From an uncultured Ignavibacteriaceae bacterium (lineage in GTDB: Bacteria; Bacteroidota; Ignavibacteria; UBA10030; BY39), in NCBI GenBank assembly GCA_964581995.1, contig CAZOQB010000007.1, forward strand, positions 58,028 to 122,027: a DNA stretch of 64,000 nt, written 5' to 3'. The notes below the pieces were generated by a model that was not told where the DNA came from, ran no database searches, and was given only the letters and a program-made list of their open reading frames with translations. A program made the position numbers and the translations under genes. Below, one piece after another: positions 28,266 to 39,116 of this stretch (position 1 is the stretch's first letter; each line of letters starts with the position of its first letter).

Positions 28266-28940
28266 TCAGTTTAAATCAATCATTTTTATACCTTTTATGT
28301 AGGTAACAGTTTTATCCTCTTTCAAATTCTTAATTTTTTCAAATTTTGTTAATATCCGAGCATAATTATCTATAATAATTTTCAAGTAGTTTTTAAGTTC
28401 TTCGTTTTTACATTCTTCGCTAAGTAATTGTATCTGTTCACCCATTGACGCAAGAGGTCTTGATATGTTTTTTACAACATCAATGACTACGCTTTTCATA
28501 GCATCAATGCGTTGTTGCCTAACTTCTAACTCTATTAATTGGTTCTTTAAATTGTGTTTCTCCAAGACTTCAAGAATAGTTTTAGGAAGTACCGGCGACA
28601 TTATTTCCTCTTTAACTAAATAATCCTCTACTTTTAATTTCATTACCTCAAGCGCGAGTTCAAAATCCTTATTAACCGTCAAGAAAATAACGGGTAAATT
28701 AATTTTTCGTTCTTGCAAAGACTTCGTAATTTCTAAGCCATTCATACCTGGCAAAAAATAATCCATCAGTACAATATCAATGTCTTTGTTCGTTTCAGCT
28801 TCCGAAAGAGCAGTTGTGCCATTATCACGCCAAACGACTTGGAACTTCTCTTTTTCGTATTTTTTAAGATATAATTCTACGAGTCGTGCAAAATCTTTAT
28901 TATCCTCTACTAAAAGTATAACTATTTTTTTGTCTTGCAT
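28266..28940 (-). CDS. Response regulator: receiver domain plus a C-terminal DHp(HisKA)-like coiled coil lacking the phosphorylatable His
   Basis: KIVILLVEDN…VLMDYFLPGMNGLE receiver. C-terminal VVKNISRPLASM aligns to the H-box with His replaced. Confidence 0.6.
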   Translation of the reverse strand: MQDKKIVILLVEDNKDFARLVELYLKKYEKEKFQVVWRDNGTTALSEAETNKDIDIVLMDYFLPGMNGLEITKSLQERKINLPVIFLTVNKDFELALEVMKLKVEDYLVKEEIMSPVLPKTILEVLEKHNLKNQLIELEVRQQRIDAMKSVVIDVVKNISRPLASMGEQIQLLSEECKNEELKNYLKIIIDNYARILTKFEKIKNLKEDKTVTYIKGIKMIDLN

Positions 28941-28961
28941 ATCTATCTCGATTTTTTCATG

Positions 28962-31900
28962 TTATAATTCTTCATTTACTTTCAATAGTGTAAAATTAAA
29001 AGTCGTTCCTTCACCAAGGTTCGATTCGACCCAGATATTTCCTCTGTGCATCTCGATTATTTTTTTCACGATTGCCAAACCAGCTCCCGTACCCTCGAAT
29101 TCATCCCGAGAATGAAGCCGCTGGAATATTACAAATATCTTCTCAAAATACTTTTCATCGATACCTATGCCGTTATCCTTAACAAAATATTTATATCTTT
29201 CTCTACCGAAAATTTCGTAACCGATTTCGATTGTCGGATTTGGCTTGTTATTAAACTTTATCGCATTCGAAATCAAATTCCTAAAAAGCACTTTCATTTG
29301 AGTCTCGTTTCCGAATACTTTAGGTAATGAATCTTGAACCACCAATATTACATTTTTCATCTGTATTGTATAGGACAAATCAAGCTTAATCTCTTCAAGT
29401 AGGGATTCTATATCAATCGGCTTGAATGATTCTGATATCCGACTTATTCTAGATAATGTTAGCAGGTCGTCTATTAAGCATTTCATCCTTGCTGAAGCTT
29501 GTACGATCGAATGTAAGTATTCGCCACCTTCACTTTGTAACATCGCATTATATTCTTCAAGTAATATTTTACTGTAGCACTCGATGCTAATTAATGGTTC
29601 TTTTAAATCGTGAGAAACAACATATGTAAAATCATCCAGTTCTTTGTTCCTTCGTTGAATCTCTAGTGACTTCTGGACAACATCTTCATACAACTTTGTT
29701 TTTTCTAACGCTATTGCAGTTAAACCACATATACTTTCCAACAACTTGGTTTCAGCTTCGGAATATGGCTCCTTATCACTCCCCAAAACTATTGAACCTA
29801 CAACATTATTTTTAACAGCCATAGGCACAAAAGTATAAATAATATCATTAACGGTAGACTTTTCGACAATGGTTCGTTTATCAGTTATAACTTTCCAAAG
29901 CGGTGATACCTCAGCAATTTGTATCGGTTGTATTATTTTTGGTAAATAGACGTGCTCACCGTTTACAGACCTGATATGCAGCAGTGTAGTTTGTGTCATA
30001 CGTGAGTCGTCAATAAAGTGAATATAAAATTCGTTAAACTTCAATATTCTTAGTAATTGAGTGAATACCGCATCGAGGACCTGATCAATATCCAATGTTG
30101 CTGTAAGTTGTTGACTTAGCTCGTACAAAATATTAAGCCTATCAAGTTGAGATTTTAATTCCGCATACAGTAAGGCGTTCTCGATGGCTGAACCTAATTG
30201 GTTCCCGATTAAGGATAAGAGCTGATGCTCTTGAACGTTAAAGTCGTGCGCCTGCTTAAAATATATATTTATTACTCCAATAATCTTATCACCCGACTTT
30301 AGCGGGATACCAGCCATAGCTGAGACCTCGTTAGCAGAAAGAAGGTTTTTTAGTGAGGGATGAACCTCTTTGTTCTCGATAACATTATCTTTTATAAATA
30401 CGGGCGCTACCTGACCAAAAACTTTTCCGGTGTTATATTTGGAAACTGGAATTTTTAGTTGATAATTAGGTTCACCTTTAATACCTACTTGTTTTTTGAG
30501 TACCAGTTCATCGCCTTGTTGATCTTTTAGGAATAATAGAATAGAATCCGCGTTAATAACTCGTTGCAACCTCGGTAATGATGTTTCGAGAATTTCGGTT
30601 AAATTATAGGAAGCAGATATTTCCGTCGATATGTCACTTAGGTCAAGGAGCTGTTCGTTTCGCTTCTTTAATTCTTCCTCTGTCCTTTTTAATTCCGTAA
30701 TGTCTGTCTGCGTAAATACTAATCCGGTAATTCTATCTCCAATCACCATTGGATTTATAGTCAGATTATAATTGGAACGTCCATCAGATGTAATTTCTTC
30801 ATATTCTTTAGAAACGAATTTCAGATTACCCCTGAGTACCTCTTGAGCTATGGCTCTGTATTTTTCCTGAAACATCTGATCTGTTAGAATATCGAACAAA
30901 TGATTTCCTTCGAAAGATTTTTTTGATTTTCGATATTTCTTTTTAACAAAATCATACCATGCTTTATTCACTTCTTTTATTCGGAACTCAGTATCGACAG
31001 TAAACACGACGCTATCGATTGAATTTAAAAGGTTATGAATATATGAAGCATCATCACTGACTTTTTGAAACAACAAGATACGGTCGATAATCGAGCCAAT
31101 TTGGTCTACAAATGGTTTGATCTTCAATAAATGTTCTTCAGAATAAGCATTTGCGGCGGCCGAATACAGGTTAATGGTTCCCACAACTTCTGCTTTTGAT
31201 ATCAATGGAAAAGAAATTATAGAGCCATATTCATCTTCGACAAGGTTGTGGATAATGAATTTTTCATCGATGCTTGTATCGGATATACAAATTGCTTTTT
31301 GTTCTGATAGAGCAATCTTCGAGATACAGTTTTCATATTTTTTTAAAATTTTGGAAGAATAACTGTTATTCTGTTTATTCAGTTGAGCAAAAACTTCCAC
31401 TTCATCCGGGTTGTCGCTCTTTAGACATATTTCGATGAGGTCAAAGGACAGGAAACCATAAATATTTTCAGCAAAGACTCTAAAAATTTTTTCAAAATCC
31501 GTAGTCTTATTTGCTGTCTGGATAATATCGTTTATCGCTTCGATATGTTTATTACGCTCTGCTAAGTCGGATGCCATTTTTTGGCGATCTGTAATATCAC
31601 GCCCTAAGTTTAACATGGCGATCGACTCTCCGTACGGATTACGCAAAAGTGTAGTACTTAAACTTACCGATAGGTTTTTACCGTCTTTTGTCTGCCATGT
31701 CATGTCAAAATCGTAAAGGAAGTTTTTACTCCTAAGATTAGATATCCAGATAACATAACGACTCATCTCTTCTTCTATCAACCACGGATATGGAAACTCC
31801 CGCCCTAACGCCTCCGAACGTGAATACCCCAGAGCGTTAACGAATTCTCTATTGACTTCTATTACTTTGCCGCGTAGGTCGGTTAATATAAACAAATCTC

Positions 31901-34900
31901 CCATTGCATCAATAACGTTGCGAAGAATCTGCTCCGAATTTTTTATCTCTTCTTCCAATTTTTTTCGTCTTGTAATATCCGAGACAATTGTAACAACACC
32001 CAATATCTCACCACCGGATGATTGGAGTGGCGCATGCTTAGCCCACAAATATCCTTCCTTTTTAGTATCCGGGATATTAAAATAAATATCATCTGAACTT
32101 ACAACCTTGCCCTCCAACGCCATATTGAGATAATGTTCGATATCTTTACCGAAAAGGTCGTTGGTTATTTCTCGAATGTTTTTTCCTAATATATCGGTAC
32201 GCGACCAGCCGGTGATGCGTTCTATTGCCTCATTCCATTCAACAAAATTGAAATTTCTGTCAAATACTATTACACCTTCTCTAACTCCACCCAAGATCCC
32301 CGATTTGAATTGCTCTGCGTTGCGTAATGTTGTTTCTAGGTTTTTCTGATCATTAATATCGCTTATTATACCGCTAACTGATTCGATGGTTCCTTGTTCA
32401 TCGCGTCCAATACTGACAGAGTCGCGCAGCCAAATATATTCTGCTTTTCCTTTCGGAAGGACACGATATTCGATTATACTATTTTTTGTTAAGCTATTTA
32501 GATTGATGTTACGCCGCATTACAACCTTTTTGTCGTCGGGGTGAACCAAACTTAACCATAGCGATTTATTTCTATTAAAATCTTTCGGGTTGTAGTTTAA
32601 TAAGTTTTCCACATTGGGACTGACAAATTTGAAGTGTTCATCCGAAGTTCCAGAATAAACAACATCCGAAATCGAAGAGAACAACGAGTCGTAACGATTT
32701 TTCAGCTCAACAATTTTTGTGTATGCTTTTCCGTTTGAAATGGCGCCGCCAATCTGATTTCCAATAGAGCTTAGCATTCTTATAACAAATTCATCGGTTT
32801 CAACCTCTTTGGAAGATATTAAAATTATAATACCATTTATTTCGTTATTAGCAATTAGCGGTATTAGGCATATAGATGCGGCATTCTCATTTTTGAATGT
32901 GGATTTATGCGGTAAAAAACTTGGGTACGAAGCCGTGCGTATAACCGCGGGTTCCAAAGTTTTACTAAGATAACCACCGATACTTTCACTGGCGTTCATC
33001 TTGCCAATTTTTTTGATTAAATTGTCAGAAACTCCCTCATGCGATACAATTGAAAATTCGTCACTATCGTCTTTTATATAAACACAACCTTTTTCCCAAC
33101 CCAAACTACTAACGAGAGTTTTTAAACTTACTTCTGAGATATGCTGAAGGTCCAAGGACTTCGAGGTTTCATGCGTAATTTTTTCAATTAATGATAGTTC
33201 TTTCTTTCTGTTTTTCAATTCAATCTCGGATTTGGCATCACTCGTTACATCGCGGTAAAACTCAATATCAATAACTTCTCCGCTTACCGTTAACTGAGAT
33301 TTTGATATTTCTATTTGCACATAAGAACCATCATGTTTCGTGGCATTGGCTCGGACAGTACTAATTAGTTGTCTGGGTTTCTTTCCCGATACAGGTTTTT
33401 CTTTTGCCGAGTCTTTTTTTAACCTAATAATAGATTTATCGAATCCGACAACCTGGTCGTTTTTTTCGAATGCAAATAGTTTAATGAATGATTTATTACA
33501 AAAAGTATATTTCTCATCCTTTGATAAACTGATAGCAAGAGGAGACTCTTCAATTAATGACCGGAATTTTGTTTCTGAATTTTGAAGACGTTTTATAAAG
33601 TCTTTCTGAGAAGAAATGTCGAGTATCGTGAAACCGATCAATATCTTCTTCCCTAATTTAACCGGCAATACTGTTATTTGGCATTCAATGGTTGACTTAT
33701 CAGTTTTTAAAATCGTTATTTCATTCGTTACCGATTCATCGGTCGAAATCACTTTTTTTATGATTGACCTGATTAATCGTGAACCACTAGAATCAAACAA
33801 GTCATTAATTTTACATTCCTGCCATTTTGTTGGTGTGTTGTAACCTATCAAGCTGGTGAATTTTGAATTAGCATAAATTGGTTTGTTATTTTCGAAGAGT
33901 ATCGCTGCAAATTGTGAAGATTCAAGAATTTTCAGATATTTTTTGCTTTCCTCATGCAGTAATTTTTCTGTTTCAACTTGCTCGCGCTGATTCTTTATGA
34001 TCGCTAAAAATAATCCTTTGGACAAATTTGAGACTGAGATATCAATAGGCAAATATTTACCGGATTTAGTTTTTATGACACTTTTAAAAGATAAATATTT
34101 TTTTGTTTTCAGTTGAGTGTAAAATCTCAATGCCGAAAATTTTTGTGACGGAATAAAATAATCAGATAGATTTCGTATCTTCAATTCATCAGAGGTATAG
34201 CCGAGAAGTTCAGATAACTTTCTATTTGGTTCTCGAAAACTTCCACCATACTCAAAAATCAACATAGCCTCTGTGGCGTTTTGAAATGACTTTTGAAAAA
34301 TAACATCGGGTGAAAATGGCGACTTCAAATCTCTTTGGATATTCTCAGAGATAGCTATCGCTGATGATTCTTCACCTACTTGAGCCCTCCCCGGCTTCTT
34401 CAACTCATTGATATCCAGTTTAAGAGGAGATAATCGTAACGGCGTATATCGATTCTTAAGATTCAGGGCATTACAATACAAGCTTCCTTCGTGCCTATAG
34501 ACATCTAAGACCACCGAAGACATATCCTTCAGTTTGGCAATAGTCGTGATATCCACACAACTTCGATCGACGCTTGTAATTACAATCGAATTATTCTTAC
34601 GGGAATATTCAAGAATGTTTTCATAGAAAGAAATTAATTGTTTTTCACCTTTTAGATGGGAATTAAAAAATGACAAATCGTCTATAACAATACATCCATT
34701 CTTACCTGATTTAGCTAATGTTCTATTGATTGATTTAAGCTTCTGTTGAGTGGATGAACCTTTCAAACTGTAATCAATTATCTGAGAATTTTTTATGTTC
34801 GCTATACAGGCGTTATATGTTCCAATAACGGAAATATAAAAGAGCGGTAATTTATTAACGACACAATCGGTTATCAGACTTTCTATGACCACATCTATTC

Positions 34901-35039
34901 CGTACTCTTTAGATGTGATAAAAAGGAGGGAATCTGAACTATGAAAACCACCAATGTAATCTTCGAGTCGTGGGATATTTTGGAATATTAACTTATTCTT
35001 CATTGTTAGAAATTTAATAAAAATTTGGCAGGATTTCAA
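28962..35039 (-). CDS. Giant multi-domain sensor histidine kinase (about 7 PAS, about 4 GAF, HisKA, HATPase_c) with an N-terminal degenerate KaiC/RecA-like domain
   Basis: FTYVVSHDLKEPL H-box. DNGIGIDEKYFEKIFVIFQRL…GTGAGLAIVKKIIEMH (N, G1, G2 boxes). The N-terminal 200 aa resemble a KaiC/RecA fold but lack a GxxxxGK[ST] Walker A. Confidence 0.75.
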   Translation of the reverse strand: MKSCQIFIKFLTMKNKLIFQNIPRLEDYIGGFHSSDSLLFITSKEYGIDVVIESLITDCVVNKLPLFYISVIGTYNACIANIKNSQIIDYSLKGSSTQQKLKSINRTLAKSGKNGCIVIDDLSFFNSHLKGEKQLISFYENILEYSRKNNSIVITSVDRSCVDITTIAKLKDMSSVVLDVYRHEGSLYCNALNLKNRYTPLRLSPLKLDINELKKPGRAQVGEESSAIAISENIQRDLKSPFSPDVIFQKSFQNATEAMLIFEYGGSFREPNRKLSELLGYTSDELKIRNLSDYFIPSQKFSALRFYTQLKTKKYLSFKSVIKTKSGKYLPIDISVSNLSKGLFLAIIKNQREQVETEKLLHEESKKYLKILESSQFAAILFENNKPIYANSKFTSLIGYNTPTKWQECKINDLFDSSGSRLIRSIIKKVISTDESVTNEITILKTDKSTIECQITVLPVKLGKKILIGFTILDISSQKDFIKRLQNSETKFRSLIEESPLAISLSKDEKYTFCNKSFIKLFAFEKNDQVVGFDKSIIRLKKDSAKEKPVSGKKPRQLISTVRANATKHDGSYVQIEISKSQLTVSGEVIDIEFYRDVTSDAKSEIELKNRKKELSLIEKITHETSKSLDLQHISEVSLKTLVSSLGWEKGCVYIKDDSDEFSIVSHEGVSDNLIKKIGKMNASESIGGYLSKTLEPAVIRTASYPSFLPHKSTFKNENAASICLIPLIANNEINGIIILISSKEVETDEFVIRMLSSIGNQIGGAISNGKAYTKIVELKNRYDSLFSSISDVVYSGTSDEHFKFVSPNVENLLNYNPKDFNRNKSLWLSLVHPDDKKVVMRRNINLNSLTKNSIIEYRVLPKGKAEYIWLRDSVSIGRDEQGTIESVSGIISDINDQKNLETTLRNAEQFKSGILGGVREGVIVFDRNFNFVEWNEAIERITGWSRTDILGKNIREITNDLFGKDIEHYLNMALEGKVVSSDDIYFNIPDTKKEGYLWAKHAPLQSSGGEILGVVTIVSDITRRKKLEEEIKNSEQILRNVIDAMGDLFILTDLRGKVIEVNREFVNALGYSRSEALGREFPYPWLIEEEMSRYVIWISNLRSKNFLYDFDMTWQTKDGKNLSVSLSTTLLRNPYGESIAMLNLGRDITDRQKMASDLAERNKHIEAINDIIQTANKTTDFEKIFRVFAENIYGFLSFDLIEICLKSDNPDEVEVFAQLNKQNNSYSSKILKKYENCISKIALSEQKAICISDTSIDEKFIIHNLVEDEYGSIISFPLISKAEVVGTINLYSAAANAYSEEHLLKIKPFVDQIGSIIDRILLFQKVSDDASYIHNLLNSIDSVVFTVDTEFRIKEVNKAWYDFVKKKYRKSKKSFEGNHLFDILTDQMFQEKYRAIAQEVLRGNLKFVSKEYEEITSDGRSNYNLTINPMVIGDRITGLVFTQTDITELKRTEEELKKRNEQLLDLSDISTEISASYNLTEILETSLPRLQRVINADSILLFLKDQQGDELVLKKQVGIKGEPNYQLKIPVSKYNTGKVFGQVAPVFIKDNVIENKEVHPSLKNLLSANEVSAMAGIPLKSGDKIIGVINIYFKQAHDFNVQEHQLLSLIGNQLGSAIENALLYAELKSQLDRLNILYELSQQLTATLDIDQVLDAVFTQLLRILKFNEFYIHFIDDSRMTQTTLLHIRSVNGEHVYLPKIIQPIQIAEVSPLWKVITDKRTIVEKSTVNDIIYTFVPMAVKNNVVGSIVLGSDKEPYSEAETKLLESICGLTAIALEKTKLYEDVVQKSLEIQRRNKELDDFTYVVSHDLKEPLISIECYSKILLEEYNAMLQSEGGEYLHSIVQASARMKCLIDDLLTLSRISRISESFKPIDIESLLEEIKLDLSYTIQMKNVILVVQDSLPKVFGNETQMKVLFRNLISNAIKFNNKPNPTIEIGYEIFGRERYKYFVKDNGIGIDEKYFEKIFVIFQRLHSRDEFEGTGAGLAIVKKIIEMHRGNIWVESNLGEGTTFNFTLLKVNEEL

Positions 35040-35043
35040 ATAA

Positions 35044-35078
35044 AAAAGGCGTCCCGGATTGGAACGCCTAAAAAAAAT
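35044..35078 (-). terminator. Rho-independent terminator downstream of the beta-barrel OMP gene
   Basis: On the minus strand: aggcgttcc-aatcc-gggacgcct followed by ttttttta. Confidence 0.45.
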
Positions 35079-35094
35079 TGACTAAAATTTTTAC

Positions 35095-35673
35095 TTATAA
35101 CCCAAAACTAATTCCAGCTCGGACACCGATATTATTAGCGTCAGAAATCATGATATATTTGCCGGTGATATCAAAATATAAATTATCACCTATTTTCATT
35201 TCATATCCGATTCCGGGAGCAATTACAAATTCGCTTGAACTTTCTGTTGTTTCACCACCTGGGAACGTTACACCATAGAATTCGTATGAAGGGACTGTTA
35301 CAGTAAAGCTAAACATATACATACCTATTTCAGCGCTTCCATAAAGGCGTGAATCGCCTGTTGAGAAGTAGTATCTTCCACCAGCTAGAACTGGTATTGC
35401 AGAATATGAATATTCATATTTCCCTAAAAAGCCTAAATCTAATGATTTTCCTCCCCAAGAAATGTATCCAACGGTTCCGGAAATTGCCATTTGTTCGTTC
35501 ATATGATAAAGAAAGTTAGCCGTTCCACCAAAACCAGTACCTGCAAAATCTCCAAAATCACCGCTTGGTAAAGCTAATTCAGCACCAACACCGAGTGTCA
35601 TCTTTCCTTCTTGTGCGAAGGCAAACGAGCTGATAAGGATCAGAATAAATGTAACTGTTATTAAACGTTTCAT
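35095..35673 (-). CDS. Small outer-membrane beta-barrel protein (OmpW/OmpA-barrel-like)
   Basis: Signal peptide. Alternating amphipathic strands. C-terminal …GISFGL (terminal aromatic/hydrophobic pattern). Confidence 0.5.
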   Translation of the reverse strand: MKRLITVTFILILISSFAFAQEGKMTLGVGAELALPSGDFGDFAGTGFGGTANFLYHMNEQMAISGTVGYISWGGKSLDLGFLGKYEYSYSAIPVLAGGRYYFSTGDSRLYGSAEIGMYMFSFTVTVPSYEFYGVTFPGGETTESSSEFVIAPGIGYEMKIGDNLYFDITGKYIMISDANNIGVRAGISFGL

Positions 35674-35879
35674 AAAAGACTCCTTTATTTGTTATTGATT
35701 ATTTTGTTTTAAAAGCGCCTACTAAAAATTGGCTTATGCAATTATACGAAATATTAAAGAACTTGTCAAGTGTTTTTTATTAAATTCTTTAAGTAATCCA
35801 CTAAACCCTTTATTTTACGTCAATTACGAAATAAAATGTTTTGACTAACGACTGCAATATTAAAGCTCTGTTTGGTAGT

Positions 35880-37022
35880 CTAATCTTTCAGCAAACTTCT
35901 GGCTATTACTATCCTTTGTACCTCGGATGTCCCTTCATAAATTTCTGTAATTTTTGCATCTCTTAGAAATCGTTCTACTGGATAATCTTTTACGTATCCA
36001 TATCCGCCGTGAATTTGGATCGCTTCAAGCGCTGCATCTACAGCTACTTTTGAGGCATATAACTTCGCCATAGCAGAAGCTGAACCGTAAGGTTTGCCTG
36101 AATCCTTTAACGATGCTGATTTTAAGGTAAGCAGCCGTGCAGCATCAATCCTTGTTGCCATATCAGCAAGTTTAAACTGTATTCCCTGAAATTCAGCAAT
36201 TACTTGTCCGAAAGCTTTCCGTTCTTTTGAGTATTTTAGAGCGGCTTCAAACGATGCTTGCGCGATACCTAATGCTTGTGAGGCAATTCCAATCCGCCCG
36301 CCGTCAAGTGTCTTCATAGCGAATTTAAAACCGAAACCCTCATCACCAATTCTATTTACTACTGGCACTCTACAATCTGTAAAGGCTAAAGAGACAGTGT
36401 CAGAACTTCGTATTCCTAACTTTCTTTCCTTTTTTGCAACCTCAAATCCGGGTGTGCCTTTCTCAACAATAAATGCACTGATGCCGTGTGAACCTTTTGT
36501 CTTGTCGGTAGTTGCGATTACTAAAATAAGATCAGCATATTTACCATTCGTTATAAAATTTTTTGTGCCGTTGATGATATAGTAATCGCCGTCTCGAACA
36601 GCAACAGTTTTTTGGTTCGAGGCATCACTTCCAGCTTCAGGTTCAGATAGGGCAAAAGCGCCCAATTTTTTTCCAGCAGCTAATTCCTTCAGAAACTTAT
36701 CTTTTTGATAATCGCTTCCCCATTCAGTTAATCCGTAAGAAACAAGTGAGTTATTAACTGACATGATAACACCAGCAGATGCATCGACCTTAGATATTTC
36801 TTCCATCGCTAACACATAACTGATTGTATCAAGTCCGGCACCGTTGTATTGCTCCGGTACCATCATTCCCATTAATCCAAGTTCGCCCATTTGTTTAACT
36901 GCTTCATGAGGGAATTCTTCTTTTTCATCTCGTTCTGCTGCGGTTGGGGCGAGAACATCTTCAGCGAACTTCTTCGCCATATCTTTAATCATTAATTGTG
37001 TTTCTGTAAAATCGAAATTCAT
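35880..37022 (-). CDS. Short-chain acyl-CoA dehydrogenase (butyryl-CoA dehydrogenase-like)
   Basis: Acyl-CoA dehydrogenase N, middle and C domains; YEGTSEVQRIVIAR near the C-terminus. Confidence 0.85.
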   Translation of the reverse strand: MNFDFTETQLMIKDMAKKFAEDVLAPTAAERDEKEEFPHEAVKQMGELGLMGMMVPEQYNGAGLDTISYVLAMEEISKVDASAGVIMSVNNSLVSYGLTEWGSDYQKDKFLKELAAGKKLGAFALSEPEAGSDASNQKTVAVRDGDYYIINGTKNFITNGKYADLILVIATTDKTKGSHGISAFIVEKGTPGFEVAKKERKLGIRSSDTVSLAFTDCRVPVVNRIGDEGFGFKFAMKTLDGGRIGIASQALGIAQASFEAALKYSKERKAFGQVIAEFQGIQFKLADMATRIDAARLLTLKSASLKDSGKPYGSASAMAKLYASKVAVDAALEAIQIHGGYGYVKDYPVERFLRDAKITEIYEGTSEVQRIVIARSLLKD

Positions 37023-37030
37023 GATGTATC

Positions 37031-37894
37031 CTATTTTGTTTGTGAATAATCGTAAAAGCCCTTACCGGTTTTTCTACCTAAATTTCCCGATGCAACCATT
37101 TTCTTTAATAACGGGCATGGTCTATATTTTGGATCACCCAATCCGCCATGCATCACTTCGAGGATTGCTAAACACACATCTAAACCTATAAAGTCCGCTA
37201 ACTGGAGTGGACCCATCGGGTGATTCATACCTAACTTCATGACGGTATCCACCGAATCAGCTGTAGCGACACCTTCCATAACTGTGTAAATTGCTTCGTT
37301 AATCATCGGCATCAGAATTCTGTTTGCAACAAAACCAGGATAGTCGTTTACCTCTACAGGTGTTTTCTCTAATTTTTCTGAAATTTCTTTTACAAGACCA
37401 TAAGTTTCGTTGGATGTAGATAAGCCACGAATTACCTCTACTAATTTCATTACCGGAACAGGATTCATAAAATGCATACCAATCACTTTATCAGGCCTTT
37501 TAGTTACTGCGGCTATTTCTGTAATAGAAATAGATGAAGTGTTTGAAGCTAAGATTGTATGAGGAGGCGAATTCGCATCAAGAATTTTAAAAATATTCAA
37601 CTTGATATTCTTATCTTCGCTTGCTGCTTCTATAATCAAATCAGCAGTCTTTGCTGCAACGTCCAGTGATAATTCGGTTTTAATGTTCGATAAGGTTTTT
37701 TGTTTTTGTTCTTCAGAGATTGTGCCTTTTTTAATCTGGCGGTCGAGATTGCCCGTTATCGTTTTAATTGCACGGTCTATGAATTCCTGTTTGATATCAT
37801 TAAGAATCACATTAAAACCATACTGCGCGAAAACGTGAGCAATACCGTTGCCCATTGTACCCGCGCCGATCACTAAAATATTTTTAATTTCCAT
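37031..37894 (-). CDS. hbd: 3-hydroxybutyryl-CoA dehydrogenase
   Basis: [20 protein letters not shown] Rossmann; 3HCDH signature region. Confidence 0.85.
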   Translation of the reverse strand: MEIKNILVIGAGTMGNGIAHVFAQYGFNVILNDIKQEFIDRAIKTITGNLDRQIKKGTISEEQKQKTLSNIKTELSLDVAAKTADLIIEAASEDKNIKLNIFKILDANSPPHTILASNTSSISITEIAAVTKRPDKVIGMHFMNPVPVMKLVEVIRGLSTSNETYGLVKEISEKLEKTPVEVNDYPGFVANRILMPMINEAIYTVMEGVATADSVDTVMKLGMNHPMGPLQLADFIGLDVCLAILEVMHGGLGDPKYRPCPLLKKMVASGNLGRKTGKGFYDYSQTK

Positions 37895-37906
37895 TTTTCT
37901 TTCCTC

Positions 37907-39085
37907 CTAAAATTTTTCAACAATAAGTGCCATTGCTTCACCGCCGCCAATACACAATGAAGCTAAACCACGTTTTGCTTTCCTTTGCTCCATTGCATTG
38001 AGTAGTGTTACAAGAATTCGTGTACCACTTGCCCCAATAGGATGTCCGAGTGCAACAGCACCGCCATTTATATTTACTTTGTTAATATCTAAGCCTAATA
38101 TTTTATTTACAACCATAGGGACTACAGAAAAAGCTTCGTTTATTTCAAACAAATCAATATCGTCCTTAGTTAAGTTTGCTTTCTTAAGTACTTTTGAGAT
38201 AGCATCTACCGGGGCTGTAGTAAACCATTCGGGTTTTTGGGCGAACGAGGCATGATTTACAATTTTGGCTATCGGTTTAATTCCTAATGCTTCCGCTTTC
38301 TGTCTCGACATTACAACAACTGCTGCCGCTCCGTCGTTGATCTTCGAGGCATTGGCTGCAGTTACAGTTCCGTCTTTTTGAAAAGCGGGTTTCAATGCGG
38401 CGATCTTATCAAATTTAACTTTCTTAGGTTCTTCGTCTTCAGTGATTAAAATCGGGTCGCCCGCTTTTTGTGGAATTGAAACCGGAACAATTTCATCCTT
38501 GAAGAGATTATTTTGTTGAGCATTTAAAGCGCGTTTATAACTTAAAGTCGCAAATTCATCCTGCATCTCACGAGTAAGTTTATATTCCTTCGCACATAAC
38601 TCACCTGCGTTTCCCATGTGGAAATTGTTATATACATCCCATAAACCGTCATATATCATTAAATCAGTCAATTGACCATGCCCCATTCGATAACCGTTAC
38701 GAGCTTTATCCAGCATGTATGGCACATTCGACATACTCTCCATTCCACCAGCAACGATAATCTCCGCATCGCCCAAAGCGATCGATTGTGCGGCAAGAGC
38801 AATTGATTTCAAACCAGAACCACAAACTTTATTAATCGTCATACATTCAACCGAGACAGGTAAACCTGCATAAATTGCTGCTTGACGTGCAGGGGCTTGA
38901 CCCATACCGGCAGTTAAAACCGAACCCATGATAACTTCATCAACAGATTCCTTTTGAACATTTGCACGTTTTAAAGCCTCTTGAATTACGATAGCGCCAA
39001 GCTGAGGCGCCGACAATGAACTTAATGCTCCTCCGAATGAGCCTATTGGTGTTCTGACTGCGCTAACTATTACTGCTTCTTTCAT
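37907..39085 (-). CDS. Acetyl-CoA C-acetyltransferase (thiolase II)
   Basis: NKVCGSGLKS (active-site Cys). C-terminal GGGEAMALIVE… thiolase motif. Confidence 0.85.
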   Translation of the reverse strand: MKEAVIVSAVRTPIGSFGGALSSLSAPQLGAIVIQEALKRANVQKESVDEVIMGSVLTAGMGQAPARQAAIYAGLPVSVECMTINKVCGSGLKSIALAAQSIALGDAEIIVAGGMESMSNVPYMLDKARNGYRMGHGQLTDLMIYDGLWDVYNNFHMGNAGELCAKEYKLTREMQDEFATLSYKRALNAQQNNLFKDEIVPVSIPQKAGDPILITEDEEPKKVKFDKIAALKPAFQKDGTVTAANASKINDGAAAVVVMSRQKAEALGIKPIAKIVNHASFAQKPEWFTTAPVDAISKVLKKANLTKDDIDLFEINEAFSVVPMVVNKILGLDINKVNINGGAVALGHPIGASGTRILVTLLNAMEQRKAKRGLASLCIGGGEAMALIVEKF

Positions 39086-39116
39086 AACTCAAATCCTCCA
39101 ATTATTTTAATAAATT

